DNA of 64,000 nt from Gammaproteobacteria bacterium (GTDB lineage Bacteria; Pseudomonadota; Gammaproteobacteria; JABABF01): NCBI GenBank assembly GCA_965237805.1, contig OZ250153.1:416001-480000 (forward strand), in the 5' to 3' direction. Below, piece after piece: positions 10,913 to 20,731 of this stretch; position 1 is the first letter of the stretch, and every line of letters begins with the position of its first letter. Below the pieces are notes generated by a model, which was not told where the DNA came from, made no database searches, and was given only the letters and a program-made list of their open reading frames with translations. The translations under genes were made by a program, and so were the position numbers.

Positions 10913-12264
10913 GGCTGTGCCGCCGCCTGGGCAGTGGGAATCAACAAGGCACGCCCTTCCTGCAGCATATCCGTATCGGCACCGAGGCCGTTATAGCGCA
11001 CGATAGCCTCGACGCTGGTGCCATAGCGCCGCGCCAACAGCCATAGATTCTCACCCGACCGCACCGTGTGGCGCAAACCGACATTGAGTCGGCGCCAAGC
11101 CAGCCAGCTGCCCGTCGGAGGCTGGCTGACAAAGAAATCTCGCACCCCGATGAACAGTGCCTCGACGAGTTGAGTCTGATATTCGGTGCTCGCCAAGCGA
11201 CGCGCCTCATGCTCATTAGACAAAAATCCCAGCTCGACTAACAGCGAAGGCACATCGGGGGACCTCAAAACGGCGAAGTCAGCCTGCTCTACCAGTTTTT
11301 TATGCAGGTAAATCAAGCTTGACACAGATTGCAACAGCGACTGCGAGATCACCGCCGCCCGCTGGCGGCTGGCGTTCAGTGACAGGTCATAAAGCACGCT
11401 GCGCACGGCCTCTGGTTGCTGCTCCAAGACCAAGCCCGCGAGTTGTGATTGCCCGCTCTGGTTCTCCCTCTGCGAGAGGAAGTGGGCCTCGCGGCTGGAG
11501 GCTTCCCCGCCGCTCAGCATATACAGGGCAACACCGCGCGGTCGCCGCCCGCGACTGCTCTTTGGAATCGAGTCGGCATGTACCGAGAGCAGCAGCGCCG
11601 CGCGGTGCATGCGGGCGATGTGGCGACGCTCGGCGAGGCTGATAAATTCATCGCCCACACGCGTCAACAGCGCTGCGAAGCCCGGCTCGTTGTTCAATCG
11701 ATGATGCAGCTGCTTGGCCACCGCCAATACCACATCCTTCTCGCGCAGCTCGCTGGCCGCAACCGCCCCCGGATCGTGGCCACCGTGGCCAGCGTCGATC
11801 ACCACCACCACTTCGCTGGCACCGGCATCGCCCGGCACGAGATACTGCAGTGCCCCGGCGGGGGCACCGTACAACAATAGCGCCAAACGGTGGGATCTGA
11901 GGCCCTCGGGCGCTAGGCGGAGCAGCCGCGGGCGCACCGCAGGAGCCAGTTCCGCCACGAGGCGCAAGCCACCATCATCGCGTTGCGCCAAGCGCAGATC
12001 AATGATCGGGGAGCCTTGTAGTGCAGGGGCTCGAAAATTCTCGGGCAGTTTGGTATCGGCGAGATCGACAATCAGACGCGGCGGATCCTCCAGCCGTGTC
12101 TGCTCGTAATCCGGCGTCTCGGCACAGTCCAGCACCAAGCGCCACAACTTGTTGCTGTCGTGCGCCAAATGCAGGCCGAGCAGCTGATTGGCGACGCTAT
12201 TCGGCTGCGGCCACAACACCAGCGCCACAACACAACACAGCAGTGGTGCCAGAGCACCGCGCAT
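10909..12264 (-). CDS. amiB: N-acetylmuramoyl-L-alanine amidase (AMIN + Amidase_3 + LysM)
   Basis: IDAGHGGHDPGA, SVHADS, PSLLVELGFLSN, C-terminal LysM (HTVRSGENLW). Start chosen at the ATG overlapping the tsaE stop. Confidence 0.9.
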   Translation of the reverse strand: MRGALAPLLCCVVALVLWPQPNSVANQLLGLHLAHDSNKLWRLVLDCAETPDYEQTRLEDPPRLIVDLADTKLPENFRAPALQGSPIIDLRLAQRDDGGLRLVAELAPAVRPRLLRLAPEGLRSHRLALLLYGAPAGALQYLVPGDAGASEVVVVIDAGHGGHDPGAVAASELREKDVVLAVAKQLHHRLNNEPGFAALLTRVGDEFISLAERRHIARMHRAALLLSVHADSIPKSSRGRRPRGVALYMLSGGEASSREAHFLSQRENQSGQSQLAGLVLEQQPEAVRSVLYDLSLNASRQRAAVISQSLLQSVSSLIYLHKKLVEQADFAVLRSPDVPSLLVELGFLSNEHEARRLASTEYQTQLVEALFIGVRDFFVSQPPTGSWLAWRRLNVGLRHTVRSGENLWLLARRYGTSVEAIVRYNGLGADTDMLQEGRALLIPTAQAAAQP

Positions 12265-12728
12265 CAGAGCAAGCCCCGTGCCAGCTGCTGGCCTCGTGCG
12301 CTGAGATACTGCCAGCGAACAAGACGCCCGCCACCACAGTTGAAGAAATCCAAGGCCAAATCTGGCGGCGGCAAGACAGCTGCCATATGCTCCGGCCATT
12401 CCACCAGCCACAGCGATGTGTCACAGCGCTCCACGCCTAGATCGAGCATCTCCAACTCCAACTCGGCATCGAGGCGGTAACAGTCCAAGTGGTGCAGCGA
12501 CAACCCCCCGGCCAATTGATAACTCTCCAACAGGGTGTAGCTGGGACTGCGCACCACACCCCCATACCCCAGCGCGGACAGCACGCCGCGACTGAAAGTG
12601 GTCTTGCCCGCGCCGAGGCCACCACGCAAATAGACAACGCCGCCAACAGCGCCGAAATAACCCAGACGCCGGCCTAAGGCCAGCGTCTGGGCGGTGCCAC
12701 AAAGGTAGCTTTCGCGCAGCGCTCTCAC
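12264..12728 (-). CDS. tsaE: tRNA threonylcarbamoyladenosine biosynthesis ATPase TsaE
   Basis: GGLGAGKTT, VRSPSYTL.E.Y, HLDCYRL, VEWPE; lies between nnr and amiB. Confidence 0.92.
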   Translation of the reverse strand: MRALRESYLCGTAQTLALGRRLGYFGAVGGVVYLRGGLGAGKTTFSRGVLSALGYGGVVRSPSYTLLESYQLAGGLSLHHLDCYRLDAELELEMLDLGVERCDTSLWLVEWPEHMAAVLPPPDLALDFFNCGGGRLVRWQYLSARGQQLARGLL

Positions 12729-14260
12729 AGTGACTTCGCTCCGGCTGGCGACTGCGACAGCAGTCGTAGCCACGGCAACAGATCCGTGGCCATCATGCCG
12801 CGTTCGCCACCCTCTACGGCGGCCAAGTCCCCCGCCTTGGCGTGCAGGCAAACAGCGACACGGGCAGCTGCCGACAGCGACAGCCCCTGTGCCAACAGGG
12901 CGCCGACCACCCCCGACAAAACATCGCCGGAGCCGCCGATGGCCAATGCTGGACCACCGTCGGAACACAGCGAGATCGTCTCGCCATCGGCGACCAAAGT
13001 GCCACTGCCTTTGAGCGCGACCACGCCGCCGAGTTGGTGCTGCAAGCGTGCGACCGCCGCCAGCCGATCATCCTGCACCACCGCTGCCGGGCAAGCTAGC
13101 AAGCGCGCTGCCTCACCGGGATGCGGGGTACTCACGCACAGCGCCGAAGCTGGCAGCGAGATGTCCAAGGTGGCCAGCAAATTCAGCGCATCGGCATCGA
13201 TCACCAACGGCAGATCGGTGGCGAGCACCCGGCGCAGCAACTGCTCCGACCAATCGCTCTGACCGAGACCGGGGCCAATCACCAAGACGCTGGCGTGCGC
13301 CAAGGCGGGATCGAGCTCGCGCTCGGTGCGCAGTCCCAGCACCATGAGCTCCGGTGCCGCCCCGGCCAGCGCCGCCGCATGTGAGTGGTGCGTTGCCAAC
13401 GACACCAAGCCAGCACCCGTGCGTGCCGCCGCCAGCGCGCTCAGCAGCGGGGCCCCGGCCATGCCGCTCTGCCCGCCGATCACCAGCACATGGCCGTAGC
13501 TGCCTTTGTGCCCATCGCGTCGCCTGAGCGGAGGCATCAGCGCCGCCACGCTGTCCAAGTCCATACGCTGCGCCACCGGATCGACACCGTCAAAGGCAGC
13601 GGCTGGCACAGTCAGCGAGGCATGGTGCAAACGACCGGCCAAGTGGCGGCCACTGGCTGTCAACAGACCCGGCTTCAGGGCGATGAAACTCAGGGTGCAA
13701 TCAGCTTGCACCGCCGTCCCCAGTACCCGTCCGCTGTCGGCACAGAGACCGGTGGGCAAATCCAGTGAAAACACTGGCGCACTGGCTGCATTCAGCGCCT
13801 GCACCGCACGCGCCGTGGAGGGACGCAACTCACCCGCCGCCCCAGTGCCGAGCAAGGCATCGACCAGCACATCGACAGCGCCGAACTCGGCATCCTCAGG
13901 CAAGGCCTCAATCGCCACGCCCTGCTCGCGGGCATAGGCCAGCGCCAGCGCCGCATCACCGCGTAGCCGCGCCTGCGAATCGCCCTCAAAGTACAGCGTC
14001 GGTCGAAGACCCTCGCGACGCGCCAAACCGGCGACAAAGGCACCATCGCCGCCGTTGTTGCCACTGCCGCATAGCACCACGATACGCTGCGCCTGCGGCC
14101 AGCGCTGGCGCAGCAAGGTGAAAGCGGCGCGGCCAGCGCGGCGCATCAATTCGATGCCCGGTATGCCACAACGCTCAATGGCAGCCCGATCCAGCCGCCG
14201 CATCTGGCTCGCACTGTAGAGCGGCAAAGGCAATCGCGTGGTTACAAGCGCGTCGGACAT
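12725..14260 (-). CDS. nnr: bifunctional NAD(P)H-hydrate epimerase/dehydratase
   Basis: GSGNNGGDG, DLPTG, HKGSYGHV, DADALN, TPHPGEAARL, GGSGDVL. Confidence 0.94.
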   Translation of the reverse strand: MSDALVTTRLPLPLYSASQMRRLDRAAIERCGIPGIELMRRAGRAAFTLLRQRWPQAQRIVVLCGSGNNGGDGAFVAGLARREGLRPTLYFEGDSQARLRGDAALALAYAREQGVAIEALPEDAEFGAVDVLVDALLGTGAAGELRPSTARAVQALNAASAPVFSLDLPTGLCADSGRVLGTAVQADCTLSFIALKPGLLTASGRHLAGRLHHASLTVPAAAFDGVDPVAQRMDLDSVAALMPPLRRRDGHKGSYGHVLVIGGQSGMAGAPLLSALAAARTGAGLVSLATHHSHAAALAGAAPELMVLGLRTERELDPALAHASVLVIGPGLGQSDWSEQLLRRVLATDLPLVIDADALNLLATLDISLPASALCVSTPHPGEAARLLACPAAVVQDDRLAAVARLQHQLGGVVALKGSGTLVADGETISLCSDGGPALAIGGSGDVLSGVVGALLAQGLSLSAAARVAVCLHAKAGDLAAVEGGERGMMATDLLPWLRLLSQSPAGAKSL

Positions 14261-14328
14261 GCGGCGCTGGCGCTAGCCAATTTCGAGCGATGCAATAAGC
14301 AGATTATATGGCACTAGAATGCATCGCT

Positions 14329-15444
14329 ATGATCCAGCAAAAAGTCCGCCACGAGCACCGTCGCCTCGCCGATGACATCCGCACTTGGGCACAGCAGCTC
14401 GGCTTTGCCGACATCGGTATCACCGATGCCGATGTCGGTTCACAGCACCGCCGCCACTTCTTGAGCTGGCTGGCTCGGGGCCGACACGCCAGCATGGATT
14501 GGATGGAGCGCCATGGTAGCCTGCGGCTAGATCCCACCGCACTGTGGCCCGGCACCCTGCGTGTCATCAGCGTGCGCATGGACTACCTGCCAGCCACGGC
14601 AAGCGATATGGCGGAGAATCTGGCTGACAGTCACCGCGCCTACATCTCGCGCTACGCCCTCGGGCGCGACTATCACAAAGTGCTGCGCCAGCGCTTGGCG
14701 CGACTCGCACGCCGTATCGAGCGCGCCGTTGACGGACATCACCGAGCCTTTGCCGACAGCGCCCCGCTGCTCGAGCGCGCCCTCGCCGAGCGCGCCGGGC
14801 TGGGCTGGATCGGCAAGAACACAATGCTGATCCACCGCCAGGCGGGCTCGTGGTTCTTCCTCGGTGAAATCTGCACCGACGCGCCACTGCCCATCGACCC
14901 GCCAACATCGCCCGAGGAGCGGGCGGGTCACTGCGGCAGCTGCCGAGCCTGCCTCGACATCTGTCCGACCGGAGCACTGGTTGGCCCGCGCCAGCTGGAT
15001 GCCAAGCGTTGCATCTCCTATCTGACCATTGAGCATCGGGGATCGATCCCGCTACCGCTGCGAGCGCTGCTCGGCAATCGTATCTTCGGCTGCGACGACT
15101 GCCAATTGGTTTGCCCGTGGAACCGCTACGCGCGGCTCAGCACACTGGCCGACTTCCAGCCCCGACACAGCTTGGATCGCAGTCAGCTGATCAGCCTATT
15201 CGCATGGAGCCGGGTCGAGTTTGAACGCCATACAGAGGGTTCGGCCATACGCCGTACCGGTTATGTGGGCTGGCTGCGCAACCTCGCCGTGGCGCTGGGA
15301 AATGCCTCGCCCGATCCGGCGGTCGTGGCCGCGCTGCGCCAACGGCTCGCGCACCCTTCGGCGATAGTGCGCGAGCATGTGGTGTGGGCGCTGGCGCGTC
15401 AGCTCGGCACAGCGGCCTCAGTGCGCAAAAAAGTGTCCCGGTAA
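14329..15444 (+). CDS. queG: tRNA epoxyqueuosine(34) reductase
   Basis: SRYALGRDYH, GWIGKN, CGSCRACLDICPTG, GCDDCQLVCPWN; divergent from nnr. Start could be 14308. Confidence 0.94.
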   Translation: MIQQKVRHEHRRLADDIRTWAQQLGFADIGITDADVGSQHRRHFLSWLARGRHASMDWMERHGSLRLDPTALWPGTLRVISVRMDYLPATASDMAENLADSHRAYISRYALGRDYHKVLRQRLARLARRIERAVDGHHRAFADSAPLLERALAERAGLGWIGKNTMLIHRQAGSWFFLGEICTDAPLPIDPPTSPEERAGHCGSCRACLDICPTGALVGPRQLDAKRCISYLTIEHRGSIPLPLRALLGNRIFGCDDCQLVCPWNRYARLSTLADFQPRHSLDRSQLISLFAWSRVEFERHTEGSAIRRTGYVGWLRNLAVALGNASPDPAVVAALRQRLAHPSAIVREHVVWALARQLGTAASVRKKVSR

Positions 15445-15974
15445 TAGCTCAACTCGCGGATCGAGTCGCGCACATCCGCCAGCGCCCGGTGCCCACTTTG
15501 TTCCCCCGTGCGACGCTGCACCAACTCTGGGTACCAGCGCCGCGCCAACTCCCGCAAGGAGCTGACATCGACGTTCCGATAGTGGAAAAAAGCCTCCAGT
15601 TCCGGCATATAGCGGCTCAGGAAACGACGGTCGTGGTGGATGGTGTTGCCACACAGTGGCACTTGCCCCTTGTGCACATAACGACGCAGAAAGGACAGTG
15701 TCTCCAGCTCGGCGGTGCGCGTGTCGGTGGCACTGGTGCGCACCGCATCCGACAGGCCGGAACGGGCGTGTTGCTTGGTATTCCAATCGTCCATCGCAGC
15801 GAGTATGGCGTCGTCTTGGTGGATGGCGAGCACCGGCCCCACCGCCAACTCGACAAGCGCCGCGTCAGTCACCACAGTCGCGATCTCTATAATGCAGCTG
15901 TCCTCCACCGACAGACCTGTCATCTCCAGATCCAGCCAGATCAGGCGCAAATTTTTCTCTTTATCCTTGACCAT
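15399..15974 (-). CDS. orn: oligoribonuclease
   Basis: LIWLDLEMTGL, FHYRNVDVSS, HRALADVRDSI.EL.YYR. Confidence 0.95.
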   Translation of the reverse strand: MVKDKEKNLRLIWLDLEMTGLSVEDSCIIEIATVVTDAALVELAVGPVLAIHQDDAILAAMDDWNTKQHARSGLSDAVRTSATDTRTAELETLSFLRRYVHKGQVPLCGNTIHHDRRFLSRYMPELEAFFHYRNVDVSSLRELARRWYPELVQRRTGEQSGHRALADVRDSIRELSYYRDTFLRTEAAVPS

Positions 15975-16052
15975 GCGATCTCCTAATGCCCAGCTGCAAA
16001 ATTGATTGCGATCACTGTACTCTAACTGCAGGTGGCCCCAGCCCGACACACG

Positions 16053-16934
16053 ATGACTGAAACAGGCACCGTGGGCACCATCTCGGCCAGTTTCGGGCAC
16101 CGCTTGGTGGAGCTGCGTGAGGATAGCGGTCGGACGCGCCAATGCAGACTCGGACCCGGGGTCGGCCCGGCGGTGGCCGGTGACGAGGTGAGCGCCATCG
16201 ACGGCGAACTGGTCACCGCATTGCGAGCACGACGCTCACTGTTGTTGCGCTTCTCCGCCAGCGGACGGGCGCGGCCAGCCGTAGCCAACGCCGCCCAGCT
16301 GTTGCTGTTGCTGGCACCGCACCCGAACCCGTTGCCCGCACTGATAGATCACTGCCTCGCCACCGCAGAACTCAGCGGCATCGCCGCACTGCTCATCGTC
16401 AACAAAAGTGATCTTGAGGACGCTGACGCAACAGCACCCCTGCTGGCGCGCTACCGCAGCTGTGGCTACCCGCAGCTGCACTGTTCGGCGCTACGCGGCG
16501 ATGGACTTGATGCGTTGCGCACACAGCTCAGCGGCAAGAGCAGTGTGCTGGTCGGTCAGTCCGGCGTCGGCAAAACGACGCTGCTCAACCACCTCAGCGG
16601 AGCCGATGACATCACCCACGCCCTGTCTGCCCGCAGCTCCCGTGGCACACACACCACCTCCGTCACGCGCGGCTATCCATTGCCCGGCGGCGGCTGGCTA
16701 TTCGATATGCCGGGCATACAAGATTGCAGCTTGGCACATGTAGGGACGGAACGGCTGGCCTCAGCCTATGCCGAATTCCGCCCATTTCTGGGGCGATGCC
16801 GCTTTCACAACTGCCGCCATAACCGCGAGCCGGGCTGCGCCCTAGGGACGGCGGCGGCGGCGGGCGAGATCAGCATTGAGCGGCTCGAGTCCTACCGGCA
16901 CTGCCTGCGCACACAGCAGCCCAAGCAGTCCTAG
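16053..16934 (+). CDS. rsgA: ribosome small subunit-dependent GTPase A
   Basis: NKSDL, GQSGVGKT, G.HTT, D.PG, CRFHNCRH..EPGC zinc finger. Confidence 0.92.
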   Translation: MTETGTVGTISASFGHRLVELREDSGRTRQCRLGPGVGPAVAGDEVSAIDGELVTALRARRSLLLRFSASGRARPAVANAAQLLLLLAPHPNPLPALIDHCLATAELSGIAALLIVNKSDLEDADATAPLLARYRSCGYPQLHCSALRGDGLDALRTQLSGKSSVLVGQSGVGKTTLLNHLSGADDITHALSARSSRGTHTTSVTRGYPLPGGGWLFDMPGIQDCSLAHVGTERLASAYAEFRPFLGRCRFHNCRHNREPGCALGTAAAAGEISIERLESYRHCLRTQQPKQS

Positions 16935-16974
16935 CCACACGGCGGCGCGCCTGAGCTCTGCTAGACTTGGGCGC

Positions 16975-17802
16975 ATGCCCAGCTCGCCACCCTTGCTGTC
17001 CCCGGCAGAGGCTCTGCCACTGATCGAGCGTGGCGACTGCCTCGTCCTGCACCTAGCAGACCCCAAACACTACCTGCTCGGACACCTGCCGGGCGCATTG
17101 CCACTGTCACCCCAAGCACTGCGGGCCGGGCACTATCCAGCGGTCGGCGCATTGCCGGAACGCGAACACTTAGAGCGGCTATTCGCCGGACTCGGCCTCG
17201 TCCCCGAGCGCCCGGTCATCGCCTATGACGACGAAGGCAGTGGCTGGGCCGGACGGCTGTTCTGGACACTTGAGGTGCTGGGACACCAAGCGGTATCGGT
17301 GCTTGACGGCGGCCTCAGCGCTTGGTGCGCCGCTGGCTTGCCGGTAACGCAGACACCGGCAGCTGCCAGCCCCAGCGACTACCGATGCGAGGCACTGCGG
17401 GATGCCCCCTGCGCCGAGCTGGAAGAAATCGTCGCACGGCTAGACGACCCCAGCCTCGTACTGTGGGATGCTCGCTCGCAGATCGAGTACGAAGGGTTGC
17501 GATCTGCATCTAGGCGTCATGGCCGCATCCCGGGAGCCAAACACTGCGAATGGCTGGAATTGATGGACCACAATCATCATCGGCGACTGCTGGGTGCCGG
17601 GTCTCTGCGCACCCTGTTGCACGCACGCGGCATCGCCACCGAAGCCGAAATCATCTGCTACTGCCAAAGCCACCATCGCTCAGCCCTGTGTTATCTGGCC
17701 GGTCGCAGCTTGGGGCTGAATATTCGCGCCTACCCGGGGGCGTGGGCCGAGTGGGGCAACCGCGACGACACGCCGATGGAAAGCGGCCCCACCACCGGCT
17801 GA
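16975..17802 (+). CDS. rhdA: two-domain thiosulfate sulfurtransferase (RhdA-type rhodanese)
   Basis: GHLPGA, LDGG, GRIPGA, active-site CQSHHRS, YPGAWAEWG. Confidence 0.85.
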   Translation: MPSSPPLLSPAEALPLIERGDCLVLHLADPKHYLLGHLPGALPLSPQALRAGHYPAVGALPEREHLERLFAGLGLVPERPVIAYDDEGSGWAGRLFWTLEVLGHQAVSVLDGGLSAWCAAGLPVTQTPAAASPSDYRCEALRDAPCAELEEIVARLDDPSLVLWDARSQIEYEGLRSASRRHGRIPGAKHCEWLELMDHNHHRRLLGAGSLRTLLHARGIATEAEIICYCQSHHRSALCYLAGRSLGLNIRAYPGAWAEWGNRDDTPMESGPTTG

Positions 17803-17805
17803 GCG

Positions 17806-18639
17806 GTGCCGACCATGGTGACGGACACCGCCAGCTGGCCACGGCGGGCGCTTTGCCAGCTGGCCACACGGCTCGCCAGCTGCCGCGTGTCGTGGGTCAA
17901 GCATATGCTGATCGCAAGCTTTGCGCGCCTCTACCGAGTGGATATGTCTGAAACCGCAGTGCCGCAGCTCGCCTCCTACAGCGATTTCAACCACTTCTTC
18001 ACTCGCGCCTTAGCCCCCGGCGCACGGCCGTTGGCCAGCGGCCCCCAAAGCGTGGCTCTGATGCCGGCGGACGGTGTGCTGAGCCAGTACGGTGCCCTGC
18101 GCGATGGCCTGATGGTGCAGGCCAAAGGACAGCATTACTCCGTTGCGGAGCTGCTGGCCGACAGCGAGCGGGCGACGGCCTACCGGCAGGGGCACTACGC
18201 GACCATCTATCTAGCACCGCACAACTACCACCGTGTACACATGCCCTTGGCCGGGCAGCTACGCCATAGCCGCTATGTGGCAGGCTGTCTGTTTTCGGTC
18301 AAAGAGCGCTCCGTGCGCCGGGTGCCACAGCTGTTGGCGCGCAACGAGCGCTTGGTCTGCCATTTTGAAACCGCTTGTGGCCCATGTGCAGTGGTCATGG
18401 TCGGCGCTCTGATCGTCGCTGGCATCCGCACTGTTTGGCAACGAGGGGAACAGCGCCCCGGCACCCAAGACTGGGATCGGATCACCGCACCTGCGTTGGA
18501 GCGCGGCGATGAAATGGGCTATTTCTGCCTCGGCTCCACCGTGGTGGTGTTATTCAGCCGAGGGATGACATGGCACGATGGCCTGAGTGCTGGCAATGTC
18601 GTCAAGATGGGGCAGGCGCTGGGTGAGGCTCGCAGCTGA
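17806..18639 (+). CDS. psd: phosphatidylserine decarboxylase proenzyme
   Basis: FN.FFTR.L, QAKG..YS, YLAP.NYHRVHMP, LGST self-cleavage motif. Confidence 0.93.
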   Translation: MPTMVTDTASWPRRALCQLATRLASCRVSWVKHMLIASFARLYRVDMSETAVPQLASYSDFNHFFTRALAPGARPLASGPQSVALMPADGVLSQYGALRDGLMVQAKGQHYSVAELLADSERATAYRQGHYATIYLAPHNYHRVHMPLAGQLRHSRYVAGCLFSVKERSVRRVPQLLARNERLVCHFETACGPCAVVMVGALIVAGIRTVWQRGEQRPGTQDWDRITAPALERGDEMGYFCLGSTVVVLFSRGMTWHDGLSAGNVVKMGQALGEARS

Positions 18640-18724
18640 TGGCGCAACAACCGAACACCCTGAATGCAGGACAAAATCGATCCACTAAAGACGCGGCCAG
18701 CTGATGCCTAGAGGCGAGCAGCCC

Positions 18725-19588
18725 CTAGAGGAGGTTCAGCAGCTCTTTGGCCTTGCGCTGCAATTTGCGCGTGTTTTCCGGCCCCATGCGCAACATCTGC
18801 CGGTCGACGAGGCTGAGCCGTTCCAAGGAGGAATCGGCATAGCGATAGGCGACAGAGGGACGTAGCAGACGGATCCGGCGCTTGCGCACCGGCGCTTTAA
18901 GCGTGTTTTTCAAGGCTTTGCGCAACACTTGGGCAACACTCCCCCGAGGATAGCCCAGCTCTTTATAGGCTTCCTGCATCAGCGGGCTCAGGCGGCGTAG
19001 TAGCTGGGCCAGTGCATCGCTGTCGATGGCGACCACCGCATTCACCAAGGCATCGTAGCGGCGATAGCCTGCGGGATCCATATAGATCTTGTTGTTATGC
19101 TCGATCACCTGGAAAGGCTGTCCCAGACGTGCGAAAGGAAACTGCCGGCTCAGCAAATCGCCCTTGGCGACATTGTCGGTAATGGCGATGAAGCGGCGCA
19201 GCAACTGATCAGTAGCAAACCAACGGCGCATGATCTTGGCGCTGAACAAAGTCGTCAACTCGCCGCGAGTCCAGCTGTCGCTCGCATCCAAGCTCGGCAA
19301 CACGAAGCTCGGTGACTCATCCTCTCCAGTCGTCGCCGGCGCGTCCTCAGTGGATGCCACACGCTCGGAGGGAGCGCTATCCGCTGAGGGAGCTGTACGC
19401 TCCGCCTGAGGCTGTCTCTGGGAATAGTCCGGCGTCGACACCGGTGCCAGCTGCTCCCCCTCGTCCTCGGATGCGGGTAGCAGCAACAAGCCGACAAGCA
19501 AGGCGAATATGGCGACGACACTGGCCACCCATACCGGCAACGGTACCGCATCGGCGTATTCGCGCCAGCCCTTCATCAGCGTCGCCAT
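18725..19588 (-). CDS. DUF3014-like membrane-anchored protein
   Basis: N-terminal TM helix, LP.LD.SD, Y.RY, PL.QEAY.ELGYP, Y.YAD..LE.LS...RQMLRMGPEN. Confidence 0.75.
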   Translation of the reverse strand: MATLMKGWREYADAVPLPVWVASVVAIFALLVGLLLLPASEDEGEQLAPVSTPDYSQRQPQAERTAPSADSAPSERVASTEDAPATTGEDESPSFVLPSLDASDSWTRGELTTLFSAKIMRRWFATDQLLRRFIAITDNVAKGDLLSRQFPFARLGQPFQVIEHNNKIYMDPAGYRRYDALVNAVVAIDSDALAQLLRRLSPLMQEAYKELGYPRGSVAQVLRKALKNTLKAPVRKRRIRLLRPSVAYRYADSSLERLSLVDRQMLRMGPENTRKLQRKAKELLNLL

Positions 19589-19907
19589 CCTTAGGCTACC
19601 GTGGCCGCCTCTGTGAGGCGGAAATGACTGGCGTGGGGATCGGCGCATGCGCCGGAGGGTCGTGCGTTCATCGCTTGCATCCCTTGTTCGACTTCAGACA
19701 ATGCTCCAGCAACCACCGCTGATAAGCTTGGCTATCTCGGGAACGATCGCCATTATAGCAAATTTTGGCTGCTGTCATCCGCAACGTCACCATTGCGTTA
19801 TGATAACTGGCTAGGATACGCCACCTCTAGCACACACTGCGCCGGGTGAAGTGGCGCTGCCAGCCGGGGTTGAAGAAAGCCATGACAACAGCTCTAGGAG
19901 TGCGCAA

Positions 19908-20702
19908 TTGAGCGCCGAGAAGCGCCTTGAGGGGCGCGTTTGCTTGGTCACCGGAGCGGCCTCGGGGATCGGTCTCGCCTGTGTTCAACGCTTTGCCGCC
20001 GAAGGAGCCGCCGTGCTGGGCTTAGATCTCGCTCCCAGCGCTGAATGGGACGCGCTGGACGCGCCCACTGGCAAGCATTTCCACGTCGCCGATGTGCGCG
20101 AATTCAGCGCACAGGAAGAGGCTGTGGCGATAGCGCTAGAGCGCTGGAAGCGCTTGGATGTGGTGGTCACTGCCGCTGGCGTGGCCGGTGGTGGCCCGGT
20201 CCATGCGATTTTGCAAGAGGAATGGAATCGCGTCATCGACATCAACCTCAAAGGCACCTATCTCAGCTGCAAGGCAGCGCTGCCACCAATGCTCGAACAG
20301 CGCAGCGGTTCGCTGATCACGATCGCCAGCATCGAGGGATTGGAGGGTAGCGAGGGTGGCAGCGCCTACAACGCCTCCAAAGGTGGCGTTGTGCTCCTGA
20401 CCAAGAATATGGCCATGGACTACGGCCTGCGCGGCATCCGTGCCAACGCCATCTGCCCCGGCTTCATCGACACACCGATGTTCCGCTCGGTATTCGAGAT
20501 GGAGGGCATGCAGACTCACCGCGAGCTGGTGCGCAAGCAACACAAACTGGGGCGTTTCGGCAAGCCGGAGGAAATCGCCAGTGCCGCTTTCTTCTTGGCC
20601 TCAGACGATGCCTCCTTTGTCACCGGACACGCATTGCCGGTGGACGGCGGCTTCGTCGCCGGACACCAATTCGGCCTCACCAAGATGATGGGGTTGGACT
20701 GA
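19908..20702 (+). CDS. short-chain dehydrogenase/reductase
   Basis: TGAASGIG, YNASK, NAICPG; AGGAG RBS before TTG 19908. Confidence 0.9.
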   Translation: MSAEKRLEGRVCLVTGAASGIGLACVQRFAAEGAAVLGLDLAPSAEWDALDAPTGKHFHVADVREFSAQEEAVAIALERWKRLDVVVTAAGVAGGGPVHAILQEEWNRVIDINLKGTYLSCKAALPPMLEQRSGSLITIASIEGLEGSEGGSAYNASKGGVVLLTKNMAMDYGLRGIRANAICPGFIDTPMFRSVFEMEGMQTHRELVRKQHKLGRFGKPEEIASAAFFLASDDASFVTGHALPVDGGFVAGHQFGLTKMMGLD

Positions 20703-20731
20703 GGCCATCCCGACGCTGGACTGCAAGCCGC

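Noticed and set aside
19772-19790. CTGTCAT...ACGTCAC Pho-box-like pair upstream of the SDR gene
   Set aside because: The half-sites are 12 bp apart rather than 11, and there is no functional link to phosphate.
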